Source: Trichodesmium erythraeum IMS101 | Lineage (GTDB): Bacteria; Cyanobacteriota; Cyanobacteriia; Cyanobacteriales; Microcoleaceae | Reading direction: 5' to 3' | Assembly (NCBI RefSeq): GCF_000014265.1 | Contig: NC_008312.1 | Coordinates: 3,300,001-3,332,000 of the forward strand | Length of the DNA stretch: 32,000 nt | The notes under the pieces: model-generated | What the model saw: the letters and a program-made list of their open reading frames with translations, nothing else | Database searches by the model: none | What the model was told of the DNA's origin: nothing | Position numbers and translations under genes: made by a program | In this document: piece by piece, positions 20,294 to 28,891 of the stretch | Position numbering within the stretch: position 1 is the first letter of the stretch | Layout: the number at the start of each line of letters is the position of its first letter

Positions 20294-20944
20294 ATGATAC
20301 AATCTACTACAAATAAATGGCTATATTTTATTCGCAAAATCATCCAGGGAAAATATAATTTAACAGCTATTGTCCTGACCACAGCAATTATTTTATTTAG
20401 TAAAAGCTTCGCTATAGCTTCTACCCCTACTACTGAGACTAGCAATAATAATCAACAAACACAGATAGATACCAATTTACCATCTGATAGCTTAATGCCC
20501 AAATTAGATCAAGCTATCAAAGACTTTCAAAAATATTTGGGTATAAAAGCAGAAGAGTTAGTTCGTGTCGTACTCCGCATCGGTGAGAGGCGGGTATATG
20601 TATACGAGGGAGAAAAAGAAGTTGCTAGTTATCCTGTAGCAGTGGGTAAACCAGGTTGGGAAACTCCCAAAGGCAATTTCAAAGTTATTCAAATGGTAGA
20701 AAATCCTAAATGGCAGAACCCCTGGACGGGTGAGGTAATGCCAGCCGGACCAAATACTGCCCTGGGACTGAGATGGATTGGTTTTTGGACAGACGGTAAA
20801 GACTCCATTGGCTTTCATGGTACTCCAACTGTAGGATCAATTGGATCTGCGGCTTCCCACGGTTGCGTGCGGATGTATAATGAGGATGTGATTAAGTTAT
20901 TTCAGAAAGTACAAGTAGGTACCGAGGTGGTGGTAGAACCATAG
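20294..20944 (+). CDS. L,D-transpeptidase (YkuD domain) family protein, tandem paralog
   Basis: 216 aa. GAGGAG lies 6 nt upstream of the ATG. It has an N-terminal anchor and the motif GFHGTPTVGSIGSAASHGCVRM, and is colinear with the upstream paralog (RRVYVY...SYPVAVGKPGWETPKG...LGLRWIGFWTDG). Confidence 0.9.
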   Translation: MIQSTTNKWLYFIRKIIQGKYNLTAIVLTTAIILFSKSFAIASTPTTETSNNNQQTQIDTNLPSDSLMPKLDQAIKDFQKYLGIKAEELVRVVLRIGERRVYVYEGEKEVASYPVAVGKPGWETPKGNFKVIQMVENPKWQNPWTGEVMPAGPNTALGLRWIGFWTDGKDSIGFHGTPTVGSIGSAASHGCVRMYNEDVIKLFQKVQVGTEVVVEP

Positions 20945-21602
20945 TTTATAGGGAATGTAAGGTATTGACTATAATCTGGTATTATCTATCTCTATCTGTA
21001 GTTACAGCAGCAGCACCGGAACAATGATGTATAAAGTAAGCTTTAAAAATTATTTGGTGTGGGCATTTTGTCTGGGTGGGCATATATCATGACAATGGAA
21101 AGCGCTGTATCTTTATTCATGCTAATTGGACTTAAAACTGAACTGTACCCAAATAACTAGCCCAAAACATTGCTGGTTCAACATGATATCTGTAGCCTGT
21201 CATGTAAATAAATTGGGGTTTGTGGTTAAGGAAAAATGTCCCTTTTTTATAGCTTCTCAAATCTCTGAAGTGTAAAATGAAATTTATCACTACCATTGAC
21301 TTATATTACATAAGCTTTTGGTTGAAGTTAAACCGAAAAATTACTGGCCTGTCTGAGGTATTATTATCTGCTCAGTAGTATGTGTTCTTCAAGTGTGAAG
21401 ACTGTAGTTTGAGTTGTGAAGCGAGGCTTAAATGCCAGTTTAAACCTAACGATGGAGTTCAGTTTCAAGAGTATCCTAGGGGAGCTTGATAATCTTAGGT
21501 AGCCAAGGTAAGGCGCCGAATAGAACTAATATAAGCGAGTATCTTCAGAGATCTATATAGATAATTGTAGGTTTATCAGAATAGTTTTCATAATCACCCG
21601 TT

Positions 21603-21634
21603 ATGGGACGTTGCATAAAACGTCCCATTTTTTA
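21603..21634 (+). terminator. Rho-independent terminator with no annotated gene upstream
   Basis: atgggacgtt (21603-21612), loop gcataa, and aacgtcccat (21619-28) are followed by a T5 run (21629-21633). The orientation fits the plus strand only. The nearest plus-strand CDS ends 660 nt upstream at 20944. Confidence 0.7.
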
Positions 21635-21809
21635 TATTCTGCTAACATGAAAACGCTGTCAGCTATTTTTAAATAGTTGAAAGATATGGTGTGGGCACTG
21701 CTAAAAATTGAAACCACCTCAGAAATTACTTCTAATTTTTGACTCCTGTACCTCGCCCATCTAACTGCTATCCTATCTTACTTGCTCCTAGCCCTATAAC
21801 TTAGAATAT

Positions 21810-22571
21810 TCAACTAGCTAAAGTCTTCAAAAGTTTGTTTGCTATATCGAAATTAGCAGTAATATTCTGCACATCATCAAGATCGTCAAGAGCATCCATT
21901 AACTTGAGAAGCGATCGCGCCTGTTCCGGATCACTCACCTCAATAGTATGAGCAGAAACCCACCGAAATTCTACCTCACTAATATCAAAGCCCTTCTCTT
22001 GTAATACCTGACTCAAATTTTCTAAATTAGTAGTTTCCGTGAAAACCTCCACACCTTGAAAATCATCTTCTGCAATTACTTCATAATATTCCGCTTCCCC
22101 TTCCACAGATGCTTCGAGTAACTCATCCTCATCATAACTTCCTGTAATACTAACCACACCTTTTTGGTCAAACATCCAACTCACGCAACCAGTCTCACCT
22201 AAATTACCACCATTTTTGGTAAACGCACTTCTTAGGTCTGCTGCTGTACGGTTGCGGTTATCTGTCAAGGCCTCAATTATAATTGCTATACCTCCAGCAC
22301 CATAGCCCTCATAACGAATCTCCTCCAATTGACTGCCATCATTTAATTGGCCTGAACCTTTAGCGATCGCTCGTTCAATATTATCATTGGGAATACCTAC
22401 TGTCTTTGCCTTCTCTATCGCCGTGCGTAACTGAAAATTACCAGCAGGATCAGCTCCACTGCGAGCAGCAACAATAATTTGCCGAGATACTTTAGCGAAA
22501 ACTTTTCCTTTAACAGCATCAACTCTTGCTTTTTGGCGTTTAATATTGGCCCACTTACTATGTCCTGCCAT
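21810..22571 (-). CDS. yebC: YebC/PmpR family DNA-binding transcriptional regulator
   Basis: 253 aa starting with the family hallmark MAGHSKWANIKRQKARVDAVKGKVFAKVSRQIIVAARSGADP. Confidence 0.95.
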   Translation of the reverse strand: MAGHSKWANIKRQKARVDAVKGKVFAKVSRQIIVAARSGADPAGNFQLRTAIEKAKTVGIPNDNIERAIAKGSGQLNDGSQLEEIRYEGYGAGGIAIIIEALTDNRNRTAADLRSAFTKNGGNLGETGCVSWMFDQKGVVSITGSYDEDELLEASVEGEAEYYEVIAEDDFQGVEVFTETTNLENLSQVLQEKGFDISEVEFRWVSAHTIEVSDPEQARSLLKLMDALDDLDDVQNITANFDIANKLLKTLAS

Positions 22572-22623
22572 AAAATCAAATCTTGTAAAAAATATATCCT
22601 AACTTCAGTAATTTTCATAACTA

Positions 22624-22851
22624 GTTACACTTGACATACTCTGTACCGGGAGCTGAAACAATGTACTCAGACTCAATAGAGCAGCGATAAATCCGGTATT
22701 TTTAGGAGTTAGTCCAGTCTTTCCTCTCTCTAAGTGCATAGTTATACACAAAGTGATAAATATCTAGCCATCTGTCAATGGCAGAAGTTTCCTCAATAAT
22801 AGGTATCAACCTATCCTGATAATTGAGAGTTAGCACAGGAGAGAAAATTAA
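22624..22851 (-). pseudogene. TnpB (IS200/IS605-family OrfB) N-terminal fragment
   Basis: The minus strand reads LTLNYQDRLIPIIEETSAIDRWLDIYHFVYNYALRERKDWTNS*KYRIYRCSIESEYIVSAPGTEYVKCN. This matches the conserved TnpB N-terminus (..VWNYALRERKDW..SRK....CSI.SEYI...). It has an in-frame stop and is truncated after about 75 codons, just upstream of yebC. Confidence 0.6.
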
Positions 22852-23298
22852 CTATTTTTTTCTAACTATAGCATAGAAATGTAAAGCCCTCCTAGAAGGA
22901 CATTCCTCTAGACCCAGGATTTTCAGTAAAAAAATGTTCTAAAATAGTTACTAAATTGTTAACCACAATTATCACATCTCTAACTCAAAATTTATCTAAA
23001 ATTTATCTAGCTTCGGTCTTAGGGTCTTATTAAAGAGGACTTAAAAAGAGACTTAGGATTTAGTTTTTCCCATACTTTTAACTCATAATTATAGAATCCT
23101 GTTATCACTTCCTGCACTTCCTACTATTGATAAGGGATCCCATTAAATGGGCAAAATGCTTATAATACAAGAGTTATACCCTTCAACCCTTGTAAATCAT
23201 TTGTGGAATCCCCGCTAATCATTGTTTATAATTATGCCTATAATTTCAGTATTTAACCTTCCCTAATTTCTAATCTCTACTCCTTATTCCCCAATTCA

Positions 23299-23946
23299 CT
23301 AAACAAACCTGACAGTAGTTTCTCTATTATCTAGATGGGAAGTATCCCCACTTAATTCCATTACCCACTGCTCTTCTTGCAAAACAATTTTGACCAAACA
23401 ACAAAGAGGAGCCTTGAGTTCAGTTTCCGCAATTTCACCAACTAATCCAGCAGCAGTACCAATAACTGAGACACCGTGCCCCACCAATAAAATATTTTCT
23501 GTAGGAAACTCTTTCACCAAACCCTTAGAAACTTCTCCTGTGCGTTTCATACAATCTTTCCAGGTTTCGGGATATTTGGGAGTACCTCTATCGTAAGAAA
23601 GGTCGATTCTAGGATAAGTTTGGGCAAGATTTTCTCTAGACAGGGTTTCTGGCATAGCAGGCATCCATTTTGGATTTAACCATTCACATAAACCCCAATC
23701 TAATTTGATGGCTAAATCAAGAACTTTTGCTATTTCATTGGCAGTTTGTACAGTTCGTAAAAAGGGAGAAGCAAAAATTTGGGTGATATTTTCCCCAATT
23801 AAACGTTTTGCTAGTTGTTGTGCTTGAACAACGCCATCATCTGAAAGATGGGGATCGTATGGTCTTTTGGCAGTGTTAAACCATTCAGGGTTAACAAAGT
23901 CGATACGGTTTCCGTGTCTTGCTATCCAGACTGTTTGTTGAAACAT
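23299..23946 (-). CDS. histidine phosphatase (phosphoglycerate mutase-like) family protein
   Basis: 215 aa with an N-terminal RHG motif (WIARHGNRIDF) and a later LLVGHGVSV histidine motif. Confidence 0.85.
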   Translation of the reverse strand: MFQQTVWIARHGNRIDFVNPEWFNTAKRPYDPHLSDDGVVQAQQLAKRLIGENITQIFASPFLRTVQTANEIAKVLDLAIKLDWGLCEWLNPKWMPAMPETLSRENLAQTYPRIDLSYDRGTPKYPETWKDCMKRTGEVSKGLVKEFPTENILLVGHGVSVIGTAAGLVGEIAETELKAPLCCLVKIVLQEEQWVMELSGDTSHLDNRETTVRFV

Positions 23947-24343
23947 AAATTTATTTGTGACAGGTTGTCACCTTAATATATAGTAATTAACATATCTCAA
24001 GGAATTAAATTTTCAGACAGTAGCCATAAATCTGCTGTTGCTCTACCAAAAATTTATTAAATTATTGAATATCTTTACCAAATCTTTACAACACCAACAG
24101 GTAAGGAAAGGAATATTATCCATAAATTCCTCAAAAAAATATCTCATTCTAAAACTTACTTTAGTTGCCTTGGGAACTGCTATTTTTTTAACAACTTTAA
24201 TTAAAATAGAACATTCTGCAAATTCTTTTTCCCTTGAACTTGCAGAAAAAATTGCTCAACTCAGAAATGCAGAAAAATTTTAGGGTGCTAACCTTTCAGA
24301 TCTATATACCACTGAAAACCATCAAGAAAATGACCAAGAATAG

Positions 24344-24523
24344 GATCTTATTAAGCTACAGACTAATTTAAAGCAAAAAGGTTACTATCTAGGAACTGAT
24401 AATGGAACTTACGGAAAAGAAACAGAGAAAGCAGTGTATATATTTTAAAATTAGTTTGGTATTTCTAATAGCAACAGGAATGGTCTATCCGGGAACCTAG
24501 GCTTTTATTGAAAGCGGTATCTG
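24344..24523 (+). pseudogene. decayed peptidoglycan-binding (PG_binding_1) domain fragment
   Basis: It reads DLIKLQTNLKQKGYYLGTDNGTYGKETEKAVYIF* and then, frame-shifted, IATGMVYPGT*AFIESG. This fits the LQ..L...GYY.G..DG.FG..T..AV..FQ......TG.VD..T...L pattern, with stops and a frameshift. Confidence 0.5.
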
Positions 24524-25009
24524 ATAGTTTTCCTCCATAACCTCCTGTTGTAGTTGTGAGTATAATAGTCAGTGTAATCACAGTTAATCTCAAAACATTT
24601 AAGCTATTGTTATACAGCTTAGCTGGCAATATTCCTGTTTCTGCCAAAACACCAATAAGGTGATACTTAAGAATATAGGATAAGAATTTTTAATAAAATT
24701 CATGAGCTTTATTACAGGTAAACACAAAAAAATTTGCTCCTACCATATTGTAACATTTTTCCATATTTAACTATCTCAGGAGTACAGTCTGGCAGTTTTC
24801 CCAATAAGCTTTGAGTCGAATATCGAATATCAGTAGCATTAATTAAAACCCAAATAGCATGGAGGCATCGTTAACAGCTCCTCGCTCCCCTCCCTATTAA
24901 AGGAAATTAACCAAGGTTCAAATTTCATAGCCATCCGTGGGCCGACTCCCCGGATAATTCCTGGAATTGCTTTTTGCTGAATCTCTTGTTTTATAATTAA
25001 GATGCCAGC

Positions 25010-25507
25010 TCATGAACAGCCTAGACTCTCGCGAGTTTCTACTCCTGTTGTCTTATTCTTTCCTGAAGCTGTTTCACACATTAATTTTATCTGATAGCGG
25101 TCTACCATTGCTCCAGAAAAATCTGTTCCTATCACTGTTGCATCACGGAAGGTGCTACTCATTAACATGGCATCTGTGAAAATAGCATTAGTTAAGTCAC
25201 TTTTATCAAAGCTAACTCGGTCTGCAAAAGTCCCAGTAAAGTCTGCTTCTGTTAAATTAGCTCTTAAAAAATCTCCTTTGGTAAGAATTGTGTTTTGTAG
25301 ATTTGCACCTTGAAAATTTGCCTTCCACATTGTTGCACCTGCAAAGGAAGTACCATGTAAATCTTTATAAGAAAAATCCCGGTTGTTTAAATCTGTAAGG
25401 GTATAGTTAACATTATTTTCTACTGCTTGAACTGAATAGATATTCATTACCCAAAAACCAGCAACTGTCAAAATTAAGATAAATGTCCAAATTCCTTTTT
25501 TTAACAT
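25010..25507 (-). CDS. pentapeptide-repeat protein with signal anchor (thylakoid-lumen TL15-like)
   Basis: 165 aa with an N-terminal hydrophobic signal (IWTFILILTVAGFWVMNIY). Tandem A(D/N)LXX pentapeptides follow (ANFQGANLQNTILTKGDFLRANLTEADFTG...), then a C-terminal Cys pair (LMCETASGKNKTTGVETRESLGCS). Confidence 0.85.
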   Translation of the reverse strand: MLKKGIWTFILILTVAGFWVMNIYSVQAVENNVNYTLTDLNNRDFSYKDLHGTSFAGATMWKANFQGANLQNTILTKGDFLRANLTEADFTGTFADRVSFDKSDLTNAIFTDAMLMSSTFRDATVIGTDFSGAMVDRYQIKLMCETASGKNKTTGVETRESLGCS

Positions 25508-26113
25508 TACAATAACTACTCCACAAATTGAATCTAACTGAATTAGGACTTATGCAAAGAAACCGGGTTTCTCGGATCAATTGTTATTTTAAGAATAGAC
25601 TAAAAAATCAGGTTTCTGGGTTGACCCACGTCAGTCATTAGAATGATAAGTATAGCAAATAATATATGAATTCTGAGAATTCAAAAGTTAGCTCCTATTA
25701 TATCATATCTCTTTGAATAACTAATGAATGTCTGTGAGAAAATTTTTGGGAATGGAAATTGAAAGTAATTGATGTAATCAAAGAATTTTTTATTATGGCT
25801 AATTAATAGGAATTTATTTAAGTACCTAGATAAAATTAATTACTATTATTTATTGATTTATTACCAAATCACAAAAAATATATGTTTTTCAGCTTGAAAG
25901 TATGTGTAATTAATTCTACATATATAGTTATAATTTAAAGCCAAAAAGTTAGGGATAATTATTTTGATAGTAGTACAAAAAATCATCAAATAAGACATTT
26001 AACTATAGTCAAAATTACCACAAACAACTGACAACTGGAAACTGGAAAATATTTATTTAATCTATAATTTTTATTGATTTTTATAAGGTTTTATTGTTTA
26101 ATTTAAGCTATTA

Positions 26114-26209
26114 TTAATGATGCTGTTGATTACTCCCAAAATATCCAACAAAAACTTAAACTATTCTTGATAATGCTATTGATTATTCCGAAAATATTCA
26201 ACAGAAAAA
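26114..26209. repeat. imperfect tandem duplication, about 53-bp period
   Basis: ttaatgatgctgttgattactcccaaaatatccaacaaaaa (26114-26155) and ttgataatgctattgattattccgaaaatattcaacagaaaaa (26167-26209) are about 34/41 identical. The differences are mostly transitions. Confidence 0.6.
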
Positions 26210-27001
26210 AGAATATTAAAAATAGAATAACTTTGAATTAACTAACTTCAGCGATCGCTTTTCCCTACAGTGGAACCATTGTACAAACGAGACATGGAAA
26301 TAGACAAAATAGTCCTACTTCCTAGTTACTCATCCCTTACCATTGGCCTCAATAATCAGGCTTTATGACAGCAAACATGGAGCAAATGATGTACAGAATA
26401 AATAGTAAAAATTATGTAGTGTCGACATCTTGAGCATTTGGGTGTACCTCACCAGTAACGGAAAGCCCTGGATATTCTTATCAAAAGAGATACAAGGTAG
26501 TGGAACTATTGCATAAATAAGTACTGAAGATTTTTGAGGAGAAATTAGGTAGAAAAAATTATTATACTAAGACTATAGAATAAAATTCCTAATATTATCG
26601 GCAACAAAAATACAACTAGAAAGGGATTGAGGGATTTGGCCACGGATGTACGGATAATATAAAATATTAATTTGTTGATAATATTTTTCTATTAGATGAG
26701 GTACACCTGTAATTCCAATATTATGAGCACTAAAAATTATGAACAATGCACAGCAAAATTAACCGGGTTTGGAGGTATCTCTCAATATCTACTGTAAAAA
26801 CCTGTAGATAGTTTTCAGTACTAGCCTCGCCTTGGTGCCTCAGTGTTCACAGAAGCTTCAATTACTTGACCATATTATTCCTCTTGTCCAGGGACCTGTT
26901 AAAAAGGGCAGTAGGGCGAATAAAATATCTCAAAAGAGCATATTCAAGAATTGCTATATCAGTGCCAAAAACTGTTTTTATATCTGAACTTTATCAAAAT
27001 C

Positions 27002-27271
27002 ATGGAAGAAACATTTATAAATTTATTATCCCATAAAAACGTCAAAATTAACAAAATAATTTCACCCCCAAATTTTATCAGTGAGGAGTTTATCCAAGAC
27101 GAAGATGAATGGGTAATATTACTTCAAGGTTCCGCTATATTGGAAATTAATCAAAAAACAAAAAAATTAGTCAAAGATAGTTATATTTTTATTCCGGCAA
27201 AAACTCCACATAAAATTATATCAACAGATCCAAATATAAAAACAATTTGGCTAGCAATTCATATTTATTAA
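27002..27271 (+). CDS. small cupin-domain protein
   Basis: The ORF track starts at TTG 26951, but the ATG at 27002 is more plausible. MEETFINLLSHKNVKINKIISPPNFISEEFIQDEDEWVILLQGSAILEIN...YIFIPAKTPHKIISTDPNIKTIWLAIHIY matches the ~100-aa cyanobacterial cupin family (..IERIVS.G..SP..WYDQ..EWV.+L.G.A.L...GD.I.IPA...HRV..T....T+WLAV.Y). Confidence 0.75.
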   Translation: MEETFINLLSHKNVKINKIISPPNFISEEFIQDEDEWVILLQGSAILEINQKTKKLVKDSYIFIPAKTPHKIISTDPNIKTIWLAIHIY

Positions 27272-27721
27272 TAGCTTATATTATACTGTATTAATTAACT
27301 ACAATATAATAAAGATAAGATATATAATTAAGTGATATAAATATCACTAAAACTAGCTAATTTATTATGACTAATGAATGATTATTTATAGTTATTTTCA
27401 TTATAGGGATAAAACTTTTAGGTAATTCTCTTAATTTTATATAATTACCTAATTTTTAAATATTAAAAATCAGCATTTAGCAGTCATATATCAGCTATCA
27501 GCTATGAGTTATTAACTCATTATAAAACAAGAATGCGTTTGGATAGTAAAGGGAATAAAAAAAATTACAGAATATGTTTAATTGAGCAAAAAAGATGATT
27601 TACAAATTAAAAATTGTCTTGAGTTTACTCCTTATGAATTCTGAATCATAAATTCTGAGGTCTAAAAATTTGCGTAGCTTTTTGTAATAAAAATTTATCA
27701 CGCTAATTGATCACGCTTGGT

Positions 27722-27850
27722 ATAAAGCCCAGACTGCAAATTGAGCACTAGTTTATAGTAGGCTAAAACCTCAATATTAGGAAGAGGAATAAAGCCCTAA
27801 TATAAGTTTAGCACTTGTTAGTAGTAGGGCAAAATCCTAAGATAAACACA
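27722..27850. repeat. about 67-bp imperfect tandem duplication upstream of the CHAT operon
   Basis: Copy A is 27722-27780 (ataaagcccagactgcaaattgagcactagtttatagtaggctaaaacctcaatatta). Copy B is 27789-27846 (ataaagccctaatataagtttagcacttgttagtagtagggcaaaatcctaagataaa). Both start with ataaagccc, and identity is about 70% with one indel. Confidence 0.6.
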
Positions 27851-27913
27851 AGACTAAAGTTTAACTACAAACTATAATATAATTATATCACTCATGAATT
27901 ATATTGTTGTTAT

Positions 27914-28837
27914 TTGGCTTACTCAAAAAAATTAATGAATACTAAATTCGATTCACCTGACTTTATTCAAGCAGAAAGTTTGCTACAAGAATTATTTGAA
28001 GAGTTACAAAAACAAGAAGGTTTATTGGCTGGGGGTCAAAAGCTGGGAATTACTACCAGTATAATTAAAGATTTACAGGAGACTAAAGTTAGTTTTGGCA
28101 ACCCTAAAAATGAGTTAATTCCCTTAACAGAAGAAATATTTAAAGAGGCTGAGATAGAGTTAAATCATCTAATCAAGCAACAAATGAAGGATGATTATAA
28201 TTTTTATTATTTGACTCTAAATGTTAATTTGCTTCCCCAGCCAGGAGCTAAATTTTGGCGTTTAACTTGTAAACTTAAGTTAAGTGAAGAAAAAACAATC
28301 ATTCAAAGTATTTTTCCTGAACATAAATGGCAACCAGTTATCAAAATTGGTGTGGGTATGGATATAGGAATTAATCAGAATTTAACTTGGGATGCTGGTA
28401 TTGACTCTTCCATGATAACAGAGGTCTTGAAGTTTGTTCCAGCTAATTTGAAAGCTAATATTGTAAGTAAAAATAAATTTAAAGCTTTTGCTGTTATTCC
28501 TGACTGTAAATATGAGTTAGGTCGTCCAGAAATTGTAGCTGAAGGAATAGGTTCACCAGAGTGTTATTGGCGAATTCAAGACAAGAACATACAGAAAGTT
28601 GGTACGGTTAAGTTTGGAGTTATTTTCAAAGTTCCTAAACAAACAAAATCTATTACTTTAACTGGAATAACTTTGGCTAATATAGATATTAATTTGTTGA
28701 CAGATAATATTAGCGATATTGTTTTAGCTAGGCTTCCTGAAAAAATTCAAGAGTGGTTAGGTTTGGATGCAGAAGAGTCAGCTAAAAAATTTTTCAGAGG
28801 TGACAATGAAAAGTGGGATTTAAAGCTGCCACAGTAA
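27914..28837 (+). CDS. uncharacterised protein (helical N-terminus, beta-rich core, charged helical tail); first gene of CHAT operon
   Basis: 307-aa ORF from TTG 27914, or 300 aa from the more likely ATG 27935. I recognise no motif. The core has alternating hydrophobic strands (YYLTLNVNLL, WRLTCKLKLS, VIKIGVGMDIGIN, KFKAFAVIPDCKYELG, VGTVKFGVIFKVP, SITLTGITLANIDINLL). It lies 54 nt upstream of the CHAT gene on the same strand. Confidence 0.7.
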   Translation: MAYSKKLMNTKFDSPDFIQAESLLQELFEELQKQEGLLAGGQKLGITTSIIKDLQETKVSFGNPKNELIPLTEEIFKEAEIELNHLIKQQMKDDYNFYYLTLNVNLLPQPGAKFWRLTCKLKLSEEKTIIQSIFPEHKWQPVIKIGVGMDIGINQNLTWDAGIDSSMITEVLKFVPANLKANIVSKNKFKAFAVIPDCKYELGRPEIVAEGIGSPECYWRIQDKNIQKVGTVKFGVIFKVPKQTKSITLTGITLANIDINLLTDNISDIVLARLPEKIQEWLGLDAEESAKKFFRGDNEKWDLKLPQ

Positions 28838-28891
28838 ATGTATCTTGTTGTTTAGTTTGATATTTATTAATTTTTAAATAAGTGTTGACTG

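Noticed and set aside
19857-20818. Minus-strand ORFs 19857..20123 and 20558..20818, and 20260..20445
   Set aside because: The first two are antisense shadows inside the two L,D-transpeptidase genes. The third spans the intergenic region and the start of the second gene, with no support.
20990-21130. Two tiny overlapping ORFs joined by ATGA (MMYKVSFKNYLVWAFCLGGHIS / MTMESAVSLFMLIGLKTELYPNN)
   Set aside because: At 22-23 codons each, with no SD and no similarity to known small photosynthetic or membrane peptides, they are easily produced by chance.
22415-23596. ORFs 22415..22618 (-) and 23390..23596 (+)
   Set aside because: The first is an out-of-frame overlap with the yebC 5' end. The second is antisense inside the histidine phosphatase gene.
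24038-24647. ORFs 24038..24283 (+) and 24465..24647 (-)
   Set aside because: The first has a TTG start and appears to be the eroded upstream part of the decayed PG-binding-domain gene (a possible pentapeptide-like trace, LRNAEKF*GANLSDL). The second is antisense to the PG-binding remnant.
24905-24935. tRNA-like T-loop (ggttcaaat)
   Set aside because: There is no complementary T-stem, acceptor stem or anticodon arm around it.
24660-25009. Possible helix-hairpin-helix/transposase remnant on the minus strand (..AIPGIIRGVGPRMAMKF..)
   Set aside because: The resemblance to IPGIGxxxA motifs is too short and isolated to support a call.
27914-28837. Calling ORF1 a bacterial gasdermin outright
   Set aside because: Only the operon logic (small beta-rich protein beside a caspase-fold protease) is analogous. 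ORF1 has a ~90-aa helical N-terminus that gasdermins lack, and I cannot demonstrate sequence similarity by eye. It is kept as a hypothesis to test by structure prediction.
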